64,000 bases of DNA from Myxococcota bacterium (lineage in GTDB: Bacteria; Myxococcota_A; UBA9160; SZUA-336): NCBI GenBank assembly GCA_965247115.1, contig CBDFGR010000003.1, positions 1,696,001 through 1,760,000 on the forward strand. The letters run 5' to 3'. The notes under the pieces are model-generated. The model had not been told where the DNA came from. It saw only the letters and a list, made by a program, of their open reading frames with translations, and searched no databases. The position numbers and the translations under genes were made by a program. Shown here in pieces: positions 28,714-39,127 of the stretch. How positions within the stretch are numbered: the first letter of the stretch is position 1; each line of letters begins with the position of its first letter.

Positions 28714-29469
28714 ATGTGTACTCTGATCCTCCTACACCGCGTTGTGCCCAGAAATCCGGTCGTCGTTGCGGCGAATCGAGATGAATACCTGTCGCGCGCC
28801 GCGGCGGGCCCAGTGCGCTTCCCTCCGAGGGAGCAGGGCATGCCGGCAGCGGTTGCGCCGCAGGATCTGGAAGCCGGGGGAACCTGGATGGGACTGAACA
28901 GCGACGGTCTGTTCGTTGGGCTGACCAATCGAGCGACCGCCACGGTCAGGACGGACAGGAGGTCGCGCGGGTTGCTCGTACGAGACGCGCTAGAACAGCG
29001 GACGGCCGCGGAGCTCGCCAGCGAGCTGGAGACGGGTCTCGAGGGGACCTATAACTCGTTCCACCTGGTCTACAGCGATGGCAAGGACGCCTTCCTCACT
29101 CAGCTTGAGGACCAGACTGCGGAGACCCGGCAGCTCGAGCCCGGTATCCACGTCGTCTGCAACAGAGGAGAGGATGATCCGGCGTCCAGCAAGGCCAGGG
29201 AAATCCGCCGCGCGCTGGAAGCGAGCCAGCTCGACCAATCCTTCGAGCGGGTGTTCGCGCGCCTGGCGAGCCTGCTTCGGGACCACGACATCGCCCCGAA
29301 TCCGCTCGAGAATCCATGCGTCCATACATCGGAGTTCGGTACCCGCTCCTCGGCGATCCTGAGCAGCGGTGGTCCGAAGCCGGGCTTCTGGTACGCGCCC
29401 GGCCCCCCCTGTGAGAGCAAGTTCGAGAACGTCAGCCACCTGCTGGACCCCGTTCAGTGGGCCAGATGA
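28714..29469 (+). CDS. NRDE/TANGO2-family protein
   Basis: N-terminal MCT, AANRDE, GGTWMG, SRGLLV, FGTRSS. Confidence 0.92.
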   Translation: MCTLILLHRVVPRNPVVVAANRDEYLSRAAAGPVRFPPREQGMPAAVAPQDLEAGGTWMGLNSDGLFVGLTNRATATVRTDRRSRGLLVRDALEQRTAAELASELETGLEGTYNSFHLVYSDGKDAFLTQLEDQTAETRQLEPGIHVVCNRGEDDPASSKAREIRRALEASQLDQSFERVFARLASLLRDHDIAPNPLENPCVHTSEFGTRSSAILSSGGPKPGFWYAPGPPCESKFENVSHLLDPVQWAR

Positions 29470-29807
29470 ATCGAGGGACACGAAAGTTGAAGCGAATCGG
29501 TAGCAATCTCAGACCTGCTGAGCAGAACCCACACCGGAACTTCCGGAACATCATTCGCTACACGGAAGCCGAGGCTCCCAGCAACGAATATCCGAAACGG
29601 ATCGTCTCTCCGCCGCTGCCGAAAACGTGCTGCACCGAGGAGAACCGCGTGCTGATCGGCAACGTGCGTGAAGTCGACGGCTTCAAGTTCTGTTACAAGA
29701 TCTGCAGTGAGTGTGGGCACGCGGTGCGCTTCTTCTACCCGGCCGTGAAGACGAACGACAGGGCGGTGCGCGAGTACCGGGCCTGGAAGAAGTACATGGT
29801 TCAGTGA
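29466..29807 (+). CDS. Small basic Cys-containing hypothetical protein
   Basis: ATGA coupling to NRDE; CC...C-x3-CSECGH. Confidence 0.65.
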   Translation: MNRGTRKLKRIGSNLRPAEQNPHRNFRNIIRYTEAEAPSNEYPKRIVSPPLPKTCCTEENRVLIGNVREVDGFKFCYKICSECGHAVRFFYPAVKTNDRAVREYRAWKKYMVQ

Positions 29808-29811
29808 CGGC

Positions 29812-29979
29812 CTTGTGGGACCTGGTCTTGTGGGACCCGGCCGCGGGCGTCCGCGGCCACCCACCTCCGCTCAGGCCCGGGGCCTTCGCTGCGCGCGCCG
29901 CGGTCCGCGGCGCTTGCATGGGTGCCAAGCGCCGTAGGAGGTTGCCGGCTCTCCACGTGTGAACTTGGGGACGGTCCTT
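29812..29979 (+). repeat. REP-like element A (duplicated head) plus module B
   Basis: CTTGTGGGACC twice, full element to about 29948; GAACTTGGGGACGGTCCTT at 29961-29979. Confidence 0.88.
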
Positions 29980-30001
29980 TGGGGGCTGGGGTGGACTCGG
30001 G

Positions 30002-31141
30002 TTAGTCGGCGGGGTGGAAGGCTTGGGGGTTTCGGAGGAGGGGGTGGGGGGTGAAGATCCACTCCGGCGGCTGCTCGAAGCTCCCGTAGGGCGCGAAGCG
30101 GCGCAGTGCGGCCGCCGTGCGCCTCTCGCTGTCGGCGGGAAGCTCGGTCGAGCCCGGGTCGGCCAGCTCGACTCCGCGCGGATCCAGTCGCACCGGGCGT
30201 AGGGCTGGGAGGTCCAGGCGTTCAAGCTGATGGGCTCGGATCCAGGCCGTGCGCGCGACTCGCGGGTCGAGCTCGAGCCGGATCACATTCACTGTCTCCC
30301 GCCCCCGCACGCTCCAGGAATCGGCGTCGCGCTGGATGTGGCGTCCGACCTTGAAGGCGGCGCCGGCGGCGTGTCGAGCGTCGCGTCGACGGATTCTCGT
30401 GAACTCCCGCTGAATCCGCGTCCAGCTGTGGCGGCGCTGCGCTCGCCCTGTGTCCGGACCGAGATAGCTGCGCAGGAACCGCAGCCTCTCACTGCGAGAT
30501 ACCCCGAGCCCCTTGCGGTGGAGCTTGGCGAGCAGCGTCCAGCGGCGCTCGCCCAGTGGACCGTCGAGAAGCGCGCAGCGCTCGAAGTCGATCAGGACGA
30601 AGTCCGCCCCGTCGCTGACGAGGAAGTTGTTCGGTGACGTGTCGTCCTGGTCGATGCCGGCGTCGTGCAGCTTGCGGGAGAAGCGCGCGAAGGCATCGAG
30701 CAGGGCGCGTCGCCGGTCCACTGCCAGTCCTGGCTCTGCCAGGATCGTCTCCAGGTCTCGGGCCGGGCGTGCCGGGACCACCGAGAAGCTGCGCACCAGG
30801 ACCCCGACGCTGCGCTGTTCGCCGGTCGCGATCGGAGCGGCCACCTCGAAGCCGCGCAGAGCCACCGCGCGAGCGGTCACAGCCTCGCGACGTGCTTTCG
30901 ACGGTCGCAGGAAGTAGCGCAGCCGCGCGAGGGTCCCTGGCAGCGTGAAGACCTTGACGAACAGGTCGGGCTCCTCGGCCCCGAGTCCGACGCGATAGAG
31001 ACGTTTGCGCCCGGCCTGCTCCCGCGCGACACTGCTCGCTCGCCCGAGCACAGCGTCGGGGTCCGCCATCAGGGCGCCGAGGCCCGGGGTCGCACTTCCC
31101 TCGACCCACCAGCGGACTCTCGTCCCCAGTCCGCGCATCAC
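30002..31141 (-). CDS. LPS kinase (Kdo/WaaP/InaA) family protein
   Basis: LFVK, LHDAGIDQDDTSPNNFL, LIDFE, RLRFLRSY. Confidence 0.82.
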   Translation of the reverse strand: MMRGLGTRVRWWVEGSATPGLGALMADPDAVLGRASSVAREQAGRKRLYRVGLGAEEPDLFVKVFTLPGTLARLRYFLRPSKARREAVTARAVALRGFEVAAPIATGEQRSVGVLVRSFSVVPARPARDLETILAEPGLAVDRRRALLDAFARFSRKLHDAGIDQDDTSPNNFLVSDGADFVLIDFERCALLDGPLGERRWTLLAKLHRKGLGVSRSERLRFLRSYLGPDTGRAQRRHSWTRIQREFTRIRRRDARHAAGAAFKVGRHIQRDADSWSVRGRETVNVIRLELDPRVARTAWIRAHQLERLDLPALRPVRLDPRGVELADPGSTELPADSERRTAAALRRFAPYGSFEQPPEWIFTPHPLLRNPQAFHPAD

Positions 31142-31159
31142 GGGCGAAGCCTAGCAAAG

Positions 31160-32455
31160 ATGACACTAGAGACCTTGGACGACGCGACGAGCTATCTCGA
31201 GGGGCTGATCAACCTCGAGCGCCGGCGGGACTTTGACTACGAGAAGCTGGGACTCGGCCGGATCCGTGCGCTGCTCGAGGCGGTCGGTCATCCGGAGCGG
31301 GGCCTCCCTTGCCTTCACATCGCGGGCTCCAAGGGCAAGGGCACGGTCGCCCTGGCGGCGGAGGTGCTGCTCCGTGCAGCGGGGCGGCGCGTCGGGACCT
31401 ATACCTCGCCTCACCTCGAGAGCTGGACGCAGCGCTTTCGCATCGATGGCGCGCCCGTCGCGGTCGAGGCGATGGTGGGCGCGCTGCGCTCGATGATCCC
31501 GGCGGTAGAGAAGCTGCGCCAGGATCCGGAGCTGCGCCCGAGCTTCTTCGACGTGTCGACCGCGCTCGCGCTTGTCCTGTTCCGAAAGCTCCGCGTGGAC
31601 GCAGGAGTCATGGAGGTCGGAATGGGCGGACGCCTGGACTCCACGAACGCAGTCGAGTCGAAGGTCTCCGTGATCACGACCATCCAGCTGGAGCACACAG
31701 AGAAGCTCGGCAAGACCGTGGAGGAGATCTGCGCGGAGAAGGCCGGAATTCTGCGCGCGGGCGTACCGGCAGCACACGGTCCACTGGTGGCCGGCGCATA
31801 CGGCGTGCTCGCTGCTCGCGCTGTTGCGTGCAATACGGAGCTGCATGCCGTCACCGCGCCCCAGGCCGAGCTCGGCCTGGACGGGCTGTCCGTGCAACTC
31901 GAGGACGGTCGGGAGCTGCGGGCGCCCATCCTGGGCCTGCACCAGGCCACCAACCTGGCGCTCGCGGTCCGGGCTTGCGAGCTCTTCGTTGGCCGTCCAT
32001 TTCGAGACCGCGAGCTTGCCGCGCTCGAATCTCTGCAACTTCCCGCCCGCCTGGAGCGCTTCGGCGACACCATTCTGGACTGCGCGCACACGCCCGACTC
32101 CGCGCGGGAGCTGAGACGGACCCTGGGTGCGCTCTGGCCCGGTCGGCCCTGGGTGCTCGTCGTGAGCATTTCAGCGGACAAGGATGCCGCCAGGATTCTC
32201 GCGGAGCTCGCGCCGCCATCCCGCGCGTGCATCGTGACCTCCGCCGAGCCCGTTCGCTCGCTCGCTCCAGAGGTTCTGAACGCTCTCGCGCGCGCCGCGG
32301 GGATCGCTGAGGTCGAGTCGTCTGCGCAACCGGGGGACGCGCTGCAGCGAGCACGGGAGCTCGCGGGGCCCGACGAGCTGGTCGTGCTGACGGGATCCGT
32401 CTACTTCGCGGGTGCGCTGCGGCCGCTCTTGGTGGGAGCCCAGAAGGGCGTGTAG
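31160..32455 (+). CDS. folC: Folylpolyglutamate/dihydrofolate synthase
   Basis: HIAGSKGKGT, YTSPHL, EVGMGGRLDSTN, EKAGI, LDCAHT, TGSVY. Confidence 0.94.
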   Translation: MTLETLDDATSYLEGLINLERRRDFDYEKLGLGRIRALLEAVGHPERGLPCLHIAGSKGKGTVALAAEVLLRAAGRRVGTYTSPHLESWTQRFRIDGAPVAVEAMVGALRSMIPAVEKLRQDPELRPSFFDVSTALALVLFRKLRVDAGVMEVGMGGRLDSTNAVESKVSVITTIQLEHTEKLGKTVEEICAEKAGILRAGVPAAHGPLVAGAYGVLAARAVACNTELHAVTAPQAELGLDGLSVQLEDGRELRAPILGLHQATNLALAVRACELFVGRPFRDRELAALESLQLPARLERFGDTILDCAHTPDSARELRRTLGALWPGRPWVLVVSISADKDAARILAELAPPSRACIVTSAEPVRSLAPEVLNALARAAGIAEVESSAQPGDALQRARELAGPDELVVLTGSVYFAGALRPLLVGAQKGV

Positions 32456-32503
32456 AGTGGCGCTCGCTCGGCGCGGCTGCAGCGGGTTGGAAGGAGCACG
32501 GAC

Positions 32504-33568
32504 GTGGCTTTGATTCGCAAGAAGACCGGGAATTTTCTCGAGGACTTCCGACTCGGTCAGGTCTTTCGCCACAAGGGTGGGCGCACGATCACGGAAGGTC
32601 TCACCGCTCACTTCACGGACTTCTCGTTTACGACGAATCCGCTGCACAAGAACCTGCACTACGCGCAGACCTATGGCTACGATGGAATGCCCGTGTCGCC
32701 CGGACTCGTGATGGCCGTGGCGTTTAGCCAGACGGTAGAGGATGTCTCCGAGAACGCGCGCGCGAACCTCGAGTACATCGACGTGCGCTTCGGCGCGGTC
32801 GCCTACACCGGGGACACGATCGAGACCGAGACCACGGTGCTCGGCGTGCGACCGTCGAGGAGCCGCCCAGAGCTCGGCGTGGTCCACGTGCAGAGCGTGG
32901 CGCGGAAGCAGACCGGTCAGGTTGTGGTCGCGTACCAGCGCAAAGTGCAGGTGTTCAGGCAGGACCTAGAAGCGACGCTCGAGCAAGGGGAGGTCGAGGC
33001 CGCCGACGTCGCGGTCGAGCTCGAGCTCCCTCCCTTCGACCCGAACACGAGCTACGTAGATCTGGCCCACCTGACGAACGCCGATACGTATCTCGAGGAC
33101 TTCACTCCAGGCGATACGATCGAGCACTCCCGCGGCCGGGTCGTAACGGACGAACACGTGTTTCTGACGGGGATGCTCGACAACACCTCGCAGGTGCACT
33201 GCAACCAGACCCTGATCGACCGCGATCCAGATCGTTACCTTGGTGGTCGGATCGTCATCTACGGCGGCATCCCGTTCGCCCTGTGTCTCGGCCTGTCGAG
33301 CGCCGACATCTCGGACAACAGCCTGGGAGACGTCGCCTACAAGACGGGCAGGCACACGGCCCCCATCTTTCCCGGCGACACGGTCTTCGCCTCGACCGAG
33401 ATCACAGGCATCCGTGCCTATCCCGACCGCGACGACCTCGGCATCCTCGAAGCCACTCTCCGCGGCCACAAGTTCGAGCGCAGAGCCGAAGAGGAACAAC
33501 GTACCGAGATCTTCGTGCTCGAGCGCGAGATCGCTGTCAAACGCCGATCGCACTACGCCAAGAGCTGA
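32504..33568 (+). CDS. Double-hotdog MaoC dehydratase (mesaconyl-CoA hydratase-like)
   Basis: Two hotdog halves (FLEDFRLG and YLEDFTPG); TVEDVSENARANLEY. Confidence 0.8.
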   Translation: MALIRKKTGNFLEDFRLGQVFRHKGGRTITEGLTAHFTDFSFTTNPLHKNLHYAQTYGYDGMPVSPGLVMAVAFSQTVEDVSENARANLEYIDVRFGAVAYTGDTIETETTVLGVRPSRSRPELGVVHVQSVARKQTGQVVVAYQRKVQVFRQDLEATLEQGEVEAADVAVELELPPFDPNTSYVDLAHLTNADTYLEDFTPGDTIEHSRGRVVTDEHVFLTGMLDNTSQVHCNQTLIDRDPDRYLGGRIVIYGGIPFALCLGLSSADISDNSLGDVAYKTGRHTAPIFPGDTVFASTEITGIRAYPDRDDLGILEATLRGHKFERRAEEEQRTEIFVLEREIAVKRRSHYAKS

Positions 33569-33580
33569 TACCCTCTCCCG

Positions 33581-34450
33581 GTGATCCGGGAGCTCACTAC
33601 CGCCGATACTGCGGAGGCGCTTGCGCTGCTGCGGGCTCGGCCGCTGCACAACGTCTTTCTCGAGTACGTCGTGTCCATCGGCGGGCTCGGGTGGGCGAAC
33701 CGGCTGCTGGGCTACGAGGTCCGCGATCATATCGAGGCCATCCTGATGATCGGGCCCATCGGCGGGACGGTACTCGAAGTTCGCGACCCCCAGGCGAATG
33801 CACCGCTCGCGGAGGCCGCGAGCCGGCAGGCGCTCCGGCCGCGCCACCTGATCGGCTCGGAGGACGTGACCGAGCCCTTCTGGAGCGAGTACTCCGCGTA
33901 CGCTGCGGACCCCCTCTGGACGCGGCGCGAGCCCGTCTACCTGATCGATGCCAAAGGCCTGGAACGCGCTGGCCTGGCCAGCAAGTGTGGTCGGATCGAG
34001 TCGGCCCGCGAAAGTGACATCGACACGATCGTGGCCCACAGCGCACTCCAGCACTGCGAGGATCTCAAGGACGACCGCCGCGCGATGGACCCCGAGGGTT
34101 TCTTCGAGCGTCATCGGAAAGACGTGCGCGACGGGCGCTGGTGGGTGATCCGGCACAAGGGTCGGATCGCGTTTCAGGTGCACGTCGGAGTGCGGAGTCC
34201 GCACGCCGTACAGATAGGCGGCGTCTTTACACCGCCAGACATGCGCAACGAGGGGCATGCGAAGCGAGGAATGGCCGCCATCTCGGCGCGGCTCCTTGGC
34301 GAGCGGCCGCGCGTGTGTCTGTTCTGCGCGGAGGACAATCTCCCTGCCCGGCGTGTCTATGAATGCGTCGGCTATGCCATGGCACATCAGAACCGCAGCT
34401 GGTTGCTCGACGAGGCCTTCGTATCGGAGCTTCCGCAGGCGTACGCCTGA
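33581..34450 (+). CDS. GNAT-family acetyltransferase
   Basis: QIGGVFTPPDMRNEGHA, NLPARRVYECVGY. Confidence 0.88.
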   Translation: MIRELTTADTAEALALLRARPLHNVFLEYVVSIGGLGWANRLLGYEVRDHIEAILMIGPIGGTVLEVRDPQANAPLAEAASRQALRPRHLIGSEDVTEPFWSEYSAYAADPLWTRREPVYLIDAKGLERAGLASKCGRIESARESDIDTIVAHSALQHCEDLKDDRRAMDPEGFFERHRKDVRDGRWWVIRHKGRIAFQVHVGVRSPHAVQIGGVFTPPDMRNEGHAKRGMAAISARLLGERPRVCLFCAEDNLPARRVYECVGYAMAHQNRSWLLDEAFVSELPQAYA

Positions 34451-34485
34451 GCTCGAGGCAGGCGAGACCAGCGCTGGAGAATACG

Positions 34486-36381
34486 ATGTCGAGCAAGTTC
34501 GAGGAGACCTACCGACGCTCGATCGAAAAGCCCGACGACTTCTGGGCGGAGGCGGCCGAGGAGCTGCACTGGTTCCAGAGGTGGGATCGCGTACTGGATG
34601 ACTCCCGCCCGCCGTTCACGCGCTGGTTCTCCGGTGGCCGCGTCAATACCTGCTACAACGCGGTTGATCGTCACGTTGCCGAGGGACGAGGCGAGCAGGC
34701 CGCTCTGATATGGGACAGCCCGGTCGCGGGAGCAGCGGCGTCGTTGACGTATCGCGAGCTGCAGACTGAGGTGGCCGTTCTGGCGGGCGCCCTGCGCGGT
34801 CTCGGCGTCGAAGCAGGAGATCGCGTGCTCATCTACATGCCGAACGTACCGGAAGCCGCCGTGGCCATGCTGGCCTGCGCGCGCATCGGCGCCGTACACT
34901 CCGTAGTGTTCGGTGGATTTGCATCGAACGAACTCGCCACACGCATCGACGATGCCCGCCCAAAGATCGTGCTCGCCGCCTCCTGCGGTCTGGAGCCCAA
35001 CCGCGTTGTCGAGTACAAACCCTTGCTCGACGGCGCGATCGAGATCGCGACGCACACGCCGGAAGCGTGCGTCTACCTGCAGCGCCCGCAGTGTCCCGCC
35101 GAGCTCGACGCGCCGCGCGACCTCGATTGGACAGACCTGGTTTCCGCCGCAGAGCCTGTGGACTGCGTGTCGCTCCCAGCGACCGACCCGCTCTACATCC
35201 TCTACACGTCGGGGACCACGGGCGTTCCGAAAGGGGTCGTGCGGGACCAGGGCGGCCACATGGTCGCGCTCCACTGGAGCATGAAGAACGTATACGGGCT
35301 GGAGCCGGGCGAGGTCTTCTGGGCGGCGTCCGATGTGGGCTGGGTCGTGGGCCACTCCTACATCGTGTACGCCCCGCTCCTGTACGGCTGCTCGTCAATC
35401 ATGTTCGAGGGCAAGCCGGTCGGCACTCCGGACGCCTCTGCCTACTGGCGCGTCATCTCGGAGAACCGCGTGAAGGTGCTCTTCACCGCGCCCACGGCCT
35501 TTCGTGCGATCAAGCGCGAGGACCCGAACGCCGAGCTCATGAAGGGGCACGACCTCTCGGCGTTTCGCACGCTGTTCCTGGCCGGAGAGCGGGCAGATCC
35601 CGACACCATTCAGTGGGCGGAGGACGCCCTCTCCGTGCCGGTGATCGATCACTGGTGGCAGACGGAGAGCGGCTGGCCCATGGCCGCGAACTGCCTCGGC
35701 ATCGAGCCCTTGCCGGTCAAGCACGGCTCCCCGACGCGCGCCGTACCCGGCTACGACATTGCGGTGCTCGACGAGAGCGGGGAGCCCGTCGCGCCTGGCG
35801 ACACCGGGGCGATCTGCGTTCGGCTCCCGCTCCCGCCCGGCACGTTCCCCACCCTATGGAACAACGACGATGGCTACGTGGACACCTACCTGTCCCGCTA
35901 CGCGGGGTTCTATGAAACCGCCGACGCAGGCTTCATGGACGAGGACGGCTACCTCTGGATCATGAGCCGCACCGACGACATCATCAATGTCGCCGGCCAT
36001 CGCCTTTCGACGGGGGGGATGGAAGAGGTCATCGCCTCCCATCCGGACGTGGCCGAGTGCGCCGTGATCGGCGTCGCGGACTCCCTGAAGGGCCAGATCC
36101 CGCTGGGCCTCGCCGTCCTGAAGGCGGGCGTAGAACGCTCGGAGCTAGAGATCACGAACGAGATCATCGCGCTCGTTCGAGAGAAGATCGGTCCGGTCGC
36201 CGCCTTCAAGCAGGCCACCGTGGTAAAGAACCTGCCGAAGACACGCTCGGGCAAGGTGCTGCGTGGCACCATGCGCAGCATCGCGGACTCCGAGGAGTAC
36301 CGCGTCCCAGCCACGATCGACGACCCCGAGGTCCTGAAAGAGATCGAGCACGCCCTGCAGCTCCTCGGCTACGCGAGCTGA
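34486..36381 (+). CDS. prpE: Propionyl-CoA synthetase
   Basis: YTSGTTGVPKG, DHWWQTE, INVAGHRLSTG, PKTRSGK. Confidence 0.88.
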   Translation: MSSKFEETYRRSIEKPDDFWAEAAEELHWFQRWDRVLDDSRPPFTRWFSGGRVNTCYNAVDRHVAEGRGEQAALIWDSPVAGAAASLTYRELQTEVAVLAGALRGLGVEAGDRVLIYMPNVPEAAVAMLACARIGAVHSVVFGGFASNELATRIDDARPKIVLAASCGLEPNRVVEYKPLLDGAIEIATHTPEACVYLQRPQCPAELDAPRDLDWTDLVSAAEPVDCVSLPATDPLYILYTSGTTGVPKGVVRDQGGHMVALHWSMKNVYGLEPGEVFWAASDVGWVVGHSYIVYAPLLYGCSSIMFEGKPVGTPDASAYWRVISENRVKVLFTAPTAFRAIKREDPNAELMKGHDLSAFRTLFLAGERADPDTIQWAEDALSVPVIDHWWQTESGWPMAANCLGIEPLPVKHGSPTRAVPGYDIAVLDESGEPVAPGDTGAICVRLPLPPGTFPTLWNNDDGYVDTYLSRYAGFYETADAGFMDEDGYLWIMSRTDDIINVAGHRLSTGGMEEVIASHPDVAECAVIGVADSLKGQIPLGLAVLKAGVERSELEITNEIIALVREKIGPVAAFKQATVVKNLPKTRSGKVLRGTMRSIADSEEYRVPATIDDPEVLKEIEHALQLLGYAS

Positions 36382-36401
36382 GACCTCGTCGCGGCGAGGG
36401 G

Positions 36402-37109
36402 TTAGCGGAGTGCGTAGGTGGCTCGCAGGTAACGAACGATGTCGGCGGACTCGAACATTGCCTGGTCCGTGTTCGGGTCGACCAGGTAGGGGACCATCAG
36501 CTTGCCGGAGCGCTTCTCGAAGGCGTCGCGTTGGGCGCTGCCGTTCGCGACGTTGTGCAGCAGGTACGGGAGCTCCAGGCTGGACAGCTCCTCGCGCACG
36601 ATACGAGAGAACGGGGAGGCTTCGTAGCTGTAGAGCTCGAGAGGCGCTTCCGGCTCTCGCGCTGGACGCCGCCAGATGCCGAGGCCCAGTCGGAACATTC
36701 CGCTCAGCATTGAGGAGAGGTCTGTGAGGGGGCCACCGGCGAGAGGCAGGGGGATGCTGCCGTCGCCGTAGGTCTCGAACAGGTAGCGGACGATGTCATC
36801 CGATTCGTACATCTCGCGCCCCGTGTTCGGGTCGAGCAGGTACGGAAACTGTGCCTTGCCGCCGCGCTCGATCAGGCCCGGCCGGAAGCGCGTGCCGTTC
36901 CTGGGGCAGGGGTAGACGCTGGCGTCGAGGTCGAGGATGGAGAGGGCTTCTCGGACCTTGCGGCAATACGGGCAGCCCTCGAAGTCCCAGAGCTCGAGTG
37001 GCTGCTCGGGTCTGGGACCGACCCCGGCCACCTGAGCTCCGGCGCCGAGCCGCAGCAGAGTGGCGGTGACCGAGCTTCCCACGTCGAGCGTGCGCAAAAT
37101 CCCAGGCAT
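36402..37109 (-). CDS. Tandem GST N-terminal/glutaredoxin-like domain protein
   Basis: CPYCRKVRE...YESDDIVRYL and SPFSRIVRE...FESADIVRYL. Confidence 0.9.
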   Translation of the reverse strand: MPGILRTLDVGSSVTATLLRLGAGAQVAGVGPRPEQPLELWDFEGCPYCRKVREALSILDLDASVYPCPRNGTRFRPGLIERGGKAQFPYLLDPNTGREMYESDDIVRYLFETYGDGSIPLPLAGGPLTDLSSMLSGMFRLGLGIWRRPAREPEAPLELYSYEASPFSRIVREELSSLELPYLLHNVANGSAQRDAFEKRSGKLMVPYLVDPNTDQAMFESADIVRYLRATYALR

Positions 37110-37165
37110 CAGATCTCTCCGGGATGTGCGCGCTGGGTGTCGAAGTCGAAGTAGATGATGCGCAT
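37109..37165 (-). pseudogene. 18-aa mini-ORF, probable remnant of a sulfatase N-terminus
   Basis: GAGGAG RBS, MRIIYFDFDTQRAHPGEI*, TGATG overlap with the GST start. Confidence 0.45.
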
Positions 37166-37177
37166 GTCCGCGTCTCC

Positions 37178-39127
37178 TCAGGCCAGCTCCGGGCGATCCC
37201 GATAGTGATCGAGCACCTCGGGGTTTGCCAGCGCGTCCACGTTTCGGACCGGTCGCCCGTGGATCAACTCGCGCACTGCCAGCTCTACGATCTTGCCGCT
37301 CTTGGTCCGCGGGATGTCGGGCACCTGGAGGATCACCGCGGGCACGTGGCGGGGCGAAGCCTCGAGCCGCACCTCCCGGCGAATGCGTGCGCACAGCGTC
37401 TCGTCGAGCTCGAGCCCCTCTCGCAGCCGTACGAAGAGCACGATCCGCATGTCTTCCTGCCACTCCTGCCCCACCGCCAGAGCCTCCAGAACTTCGTCCA
37501 GGTGCTCGACGGGCCGGTAGATCTCCGCCGTGCCGATGCGCACGCCGCCAGGGTTCAAGACCGCGTCGGAGCGGCCGCTGATCACCATGCCGCCGTGCTC
37601 GGTGCGCCGGACCCAGTCCCCGTGGCACCAGGCGCCGGGAAAGCGCTCGAAGTACGCGGCGCGATAGCGCTCCCCGTCGGGGTCGTTCCAGAAGCAGAGG
37701 GGCATAGACGGGAACGGTGCGGTGCAGACGAGCTCGCCGGCCTCGCCCTCGATGGCACGGCCGGTGTCAGAAAAGACCTCGACCTTCATGCCTAGCGCGC
37801 TCGCCTGGATCTCCCCACGCCACACCGGGCTCGTGGGGTCTCCGAGCACGAAGCAGCCGACGATGTCGGTACCGCCAGAAATCGAGGCGAGCCACACGTC
37901 CTCTTTGATCTTCGCGTATACGTAGTCGAAGCTCTCCGGCGCAAGCGGCGAGCCGGTGGAGAGGATCGTGCGCAGACTGCTGAGGTCGTGGCTCTCCCGT
38001 GGCTCTGCGCCAGCTTTGGAGAGCGCGTCGATGTACTTCGCCGAGGTGCCGAAGATGGTCGTGTGCTCGCGCTCGGCCATGTCAAAGAGCGCGTCGCGGC
38101 CCGGCCAGAACGCCGAGCCGTCGTAGAGCAGGAGCGTTGCCTCCGAGGCCAGGCCCGACACGAGCCAGTTCCACATCATCCAGCCGCAGGTCGTGAAGTA
38201 GAACAGCCGATCGTCGCGGCGCAGATCGCAATGCAGCTGGTGCTCGACCAGGTGCTTGAGCAGCGTACCCCCCGTCCGGTGCACGATGCACTTGGGCGTG
38301 CCCGTCGTACCCGAGGAGTAGAGGATGGCGAGCGGCTGGTCGAAGGGGAAGCGCTCGAACGAGGACTCCGCGGCGGGCTCGGAGCGCGCGATCTCGTCGA
38401 AGCGCGGCAGCCCGGCGAGCGGGTCGGATGCCCCAGTGGTGCCTGCGAAGGGCACCACGACCACGTGCTCGACGCTCGGAAGTCCTGCGCGCAGCTGAGC
38501 CACGCGTTCGCGCAGGTCATGGGTCTTGCCGTTGTAGAAGTACCCGTCGACGGCGAACAGGACTTTTGGCTCGATCTGTCCGAATCGATCGAGCACGCCG
38601 CGCACGCCGAAGTCCGGAGAGCACGACGACCAGATGGCCCCGATCGAGGCGCTGGCGAGAAACGCGGCGATGGTCTCGGGAAGATTCGGGAGGTAGCCTG
38701 CGACTCGATCTCCGCGCTGGACCCCCATCTCCCGCAACGCCGCCGCCAGCGACGCGACGCGTCGCTCGAGCTGCAGACACGAGATCGACACGCGCTCTCC
38801 CGGCTCAGACCAAAAGACGAGAGCTTCCGCGTCGTCCCGCCTGCGCAGCAGGTTCTCCGCAAAGCTGAGCGAAGCACCAGGAAAGAAGCGGGCTCCGGGC
38901 AGCTCGTCGCCGGCCACGAGCACCGGGTCGTCTCCAGGGTCGCCGAGGACCTCGCAGAAGTCCCACGCGAGCCGCCAGAATTGCGCCATCGACTCGACGG
39001 ACCAGCGCTGCAGCGCCTGGTAGCTCTCGAAGTGCTGCCCTGTCTCTGCTTCGACGCGCCGCCAGAAGGCGCGCAGCCGGGATCCCTCGACCCGTTCGGG
39101 GGAGGGAGACCAGAGTGGCCGGCTCAC
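37178..39127 (-). CDS. acsA: Acetoacetate-CoA ligase
   Basis: [50 protein letters not shown]. Confidence 0.92.
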   Translation of the reverse strand: MSRPLWSPSPERVEGSRLRAFWRRVEAETGQHFESYQALQRWSVESMAQFWRLAWDFCEVLGDPGDDPVLVAGDELPGARFFPGASLSFAENLLRRRDDAEALVFWSEPGERVSISCLQLERRVASLAAALREMGVQRGDRVAGYLPNLPETIAAFLASASIGAIWSSCSPDFGVRGVLDRFGQIEPKVLFAVDGYFYNGKTHDLRERVAQLRAGLPSVEHVVVVPFAGTTGASDPLAGLPRFDEIARSEPAAESSFERFPFDQPLAILYSSGTTGTPKCIVHRTGGTLLKHLVEHQLHCDLRRDDRLFYFTTCGWMMWNWLVSGLASEATLLLYDGSAFWPGRDALFDMAEREHTTIFGTSAKYIDALSKAGAEPRESHDLSSLRTILSTGSPLAPESFDYVYAKIKEDVWLASISGGTDIVGCFVLGDPTSPVWRGEIQASALGMKVEVFSDTGRAIEGEAGELVCTAPFPSMPLCFWNDPDGERYRAAYFERFPGAWCHGDWVRRTEHGGMVISGRSDAVLNPGGVRIGTAEIYRPVEHLDEVLEALAVGQEWQEDMRIVLFVRLREGLELDETLCARIRREVRLEASPRHVPAVILQVPDIPRTKSGKIVELAVRELIHGRPVRNVDALANPEVLDHYRDRPELA

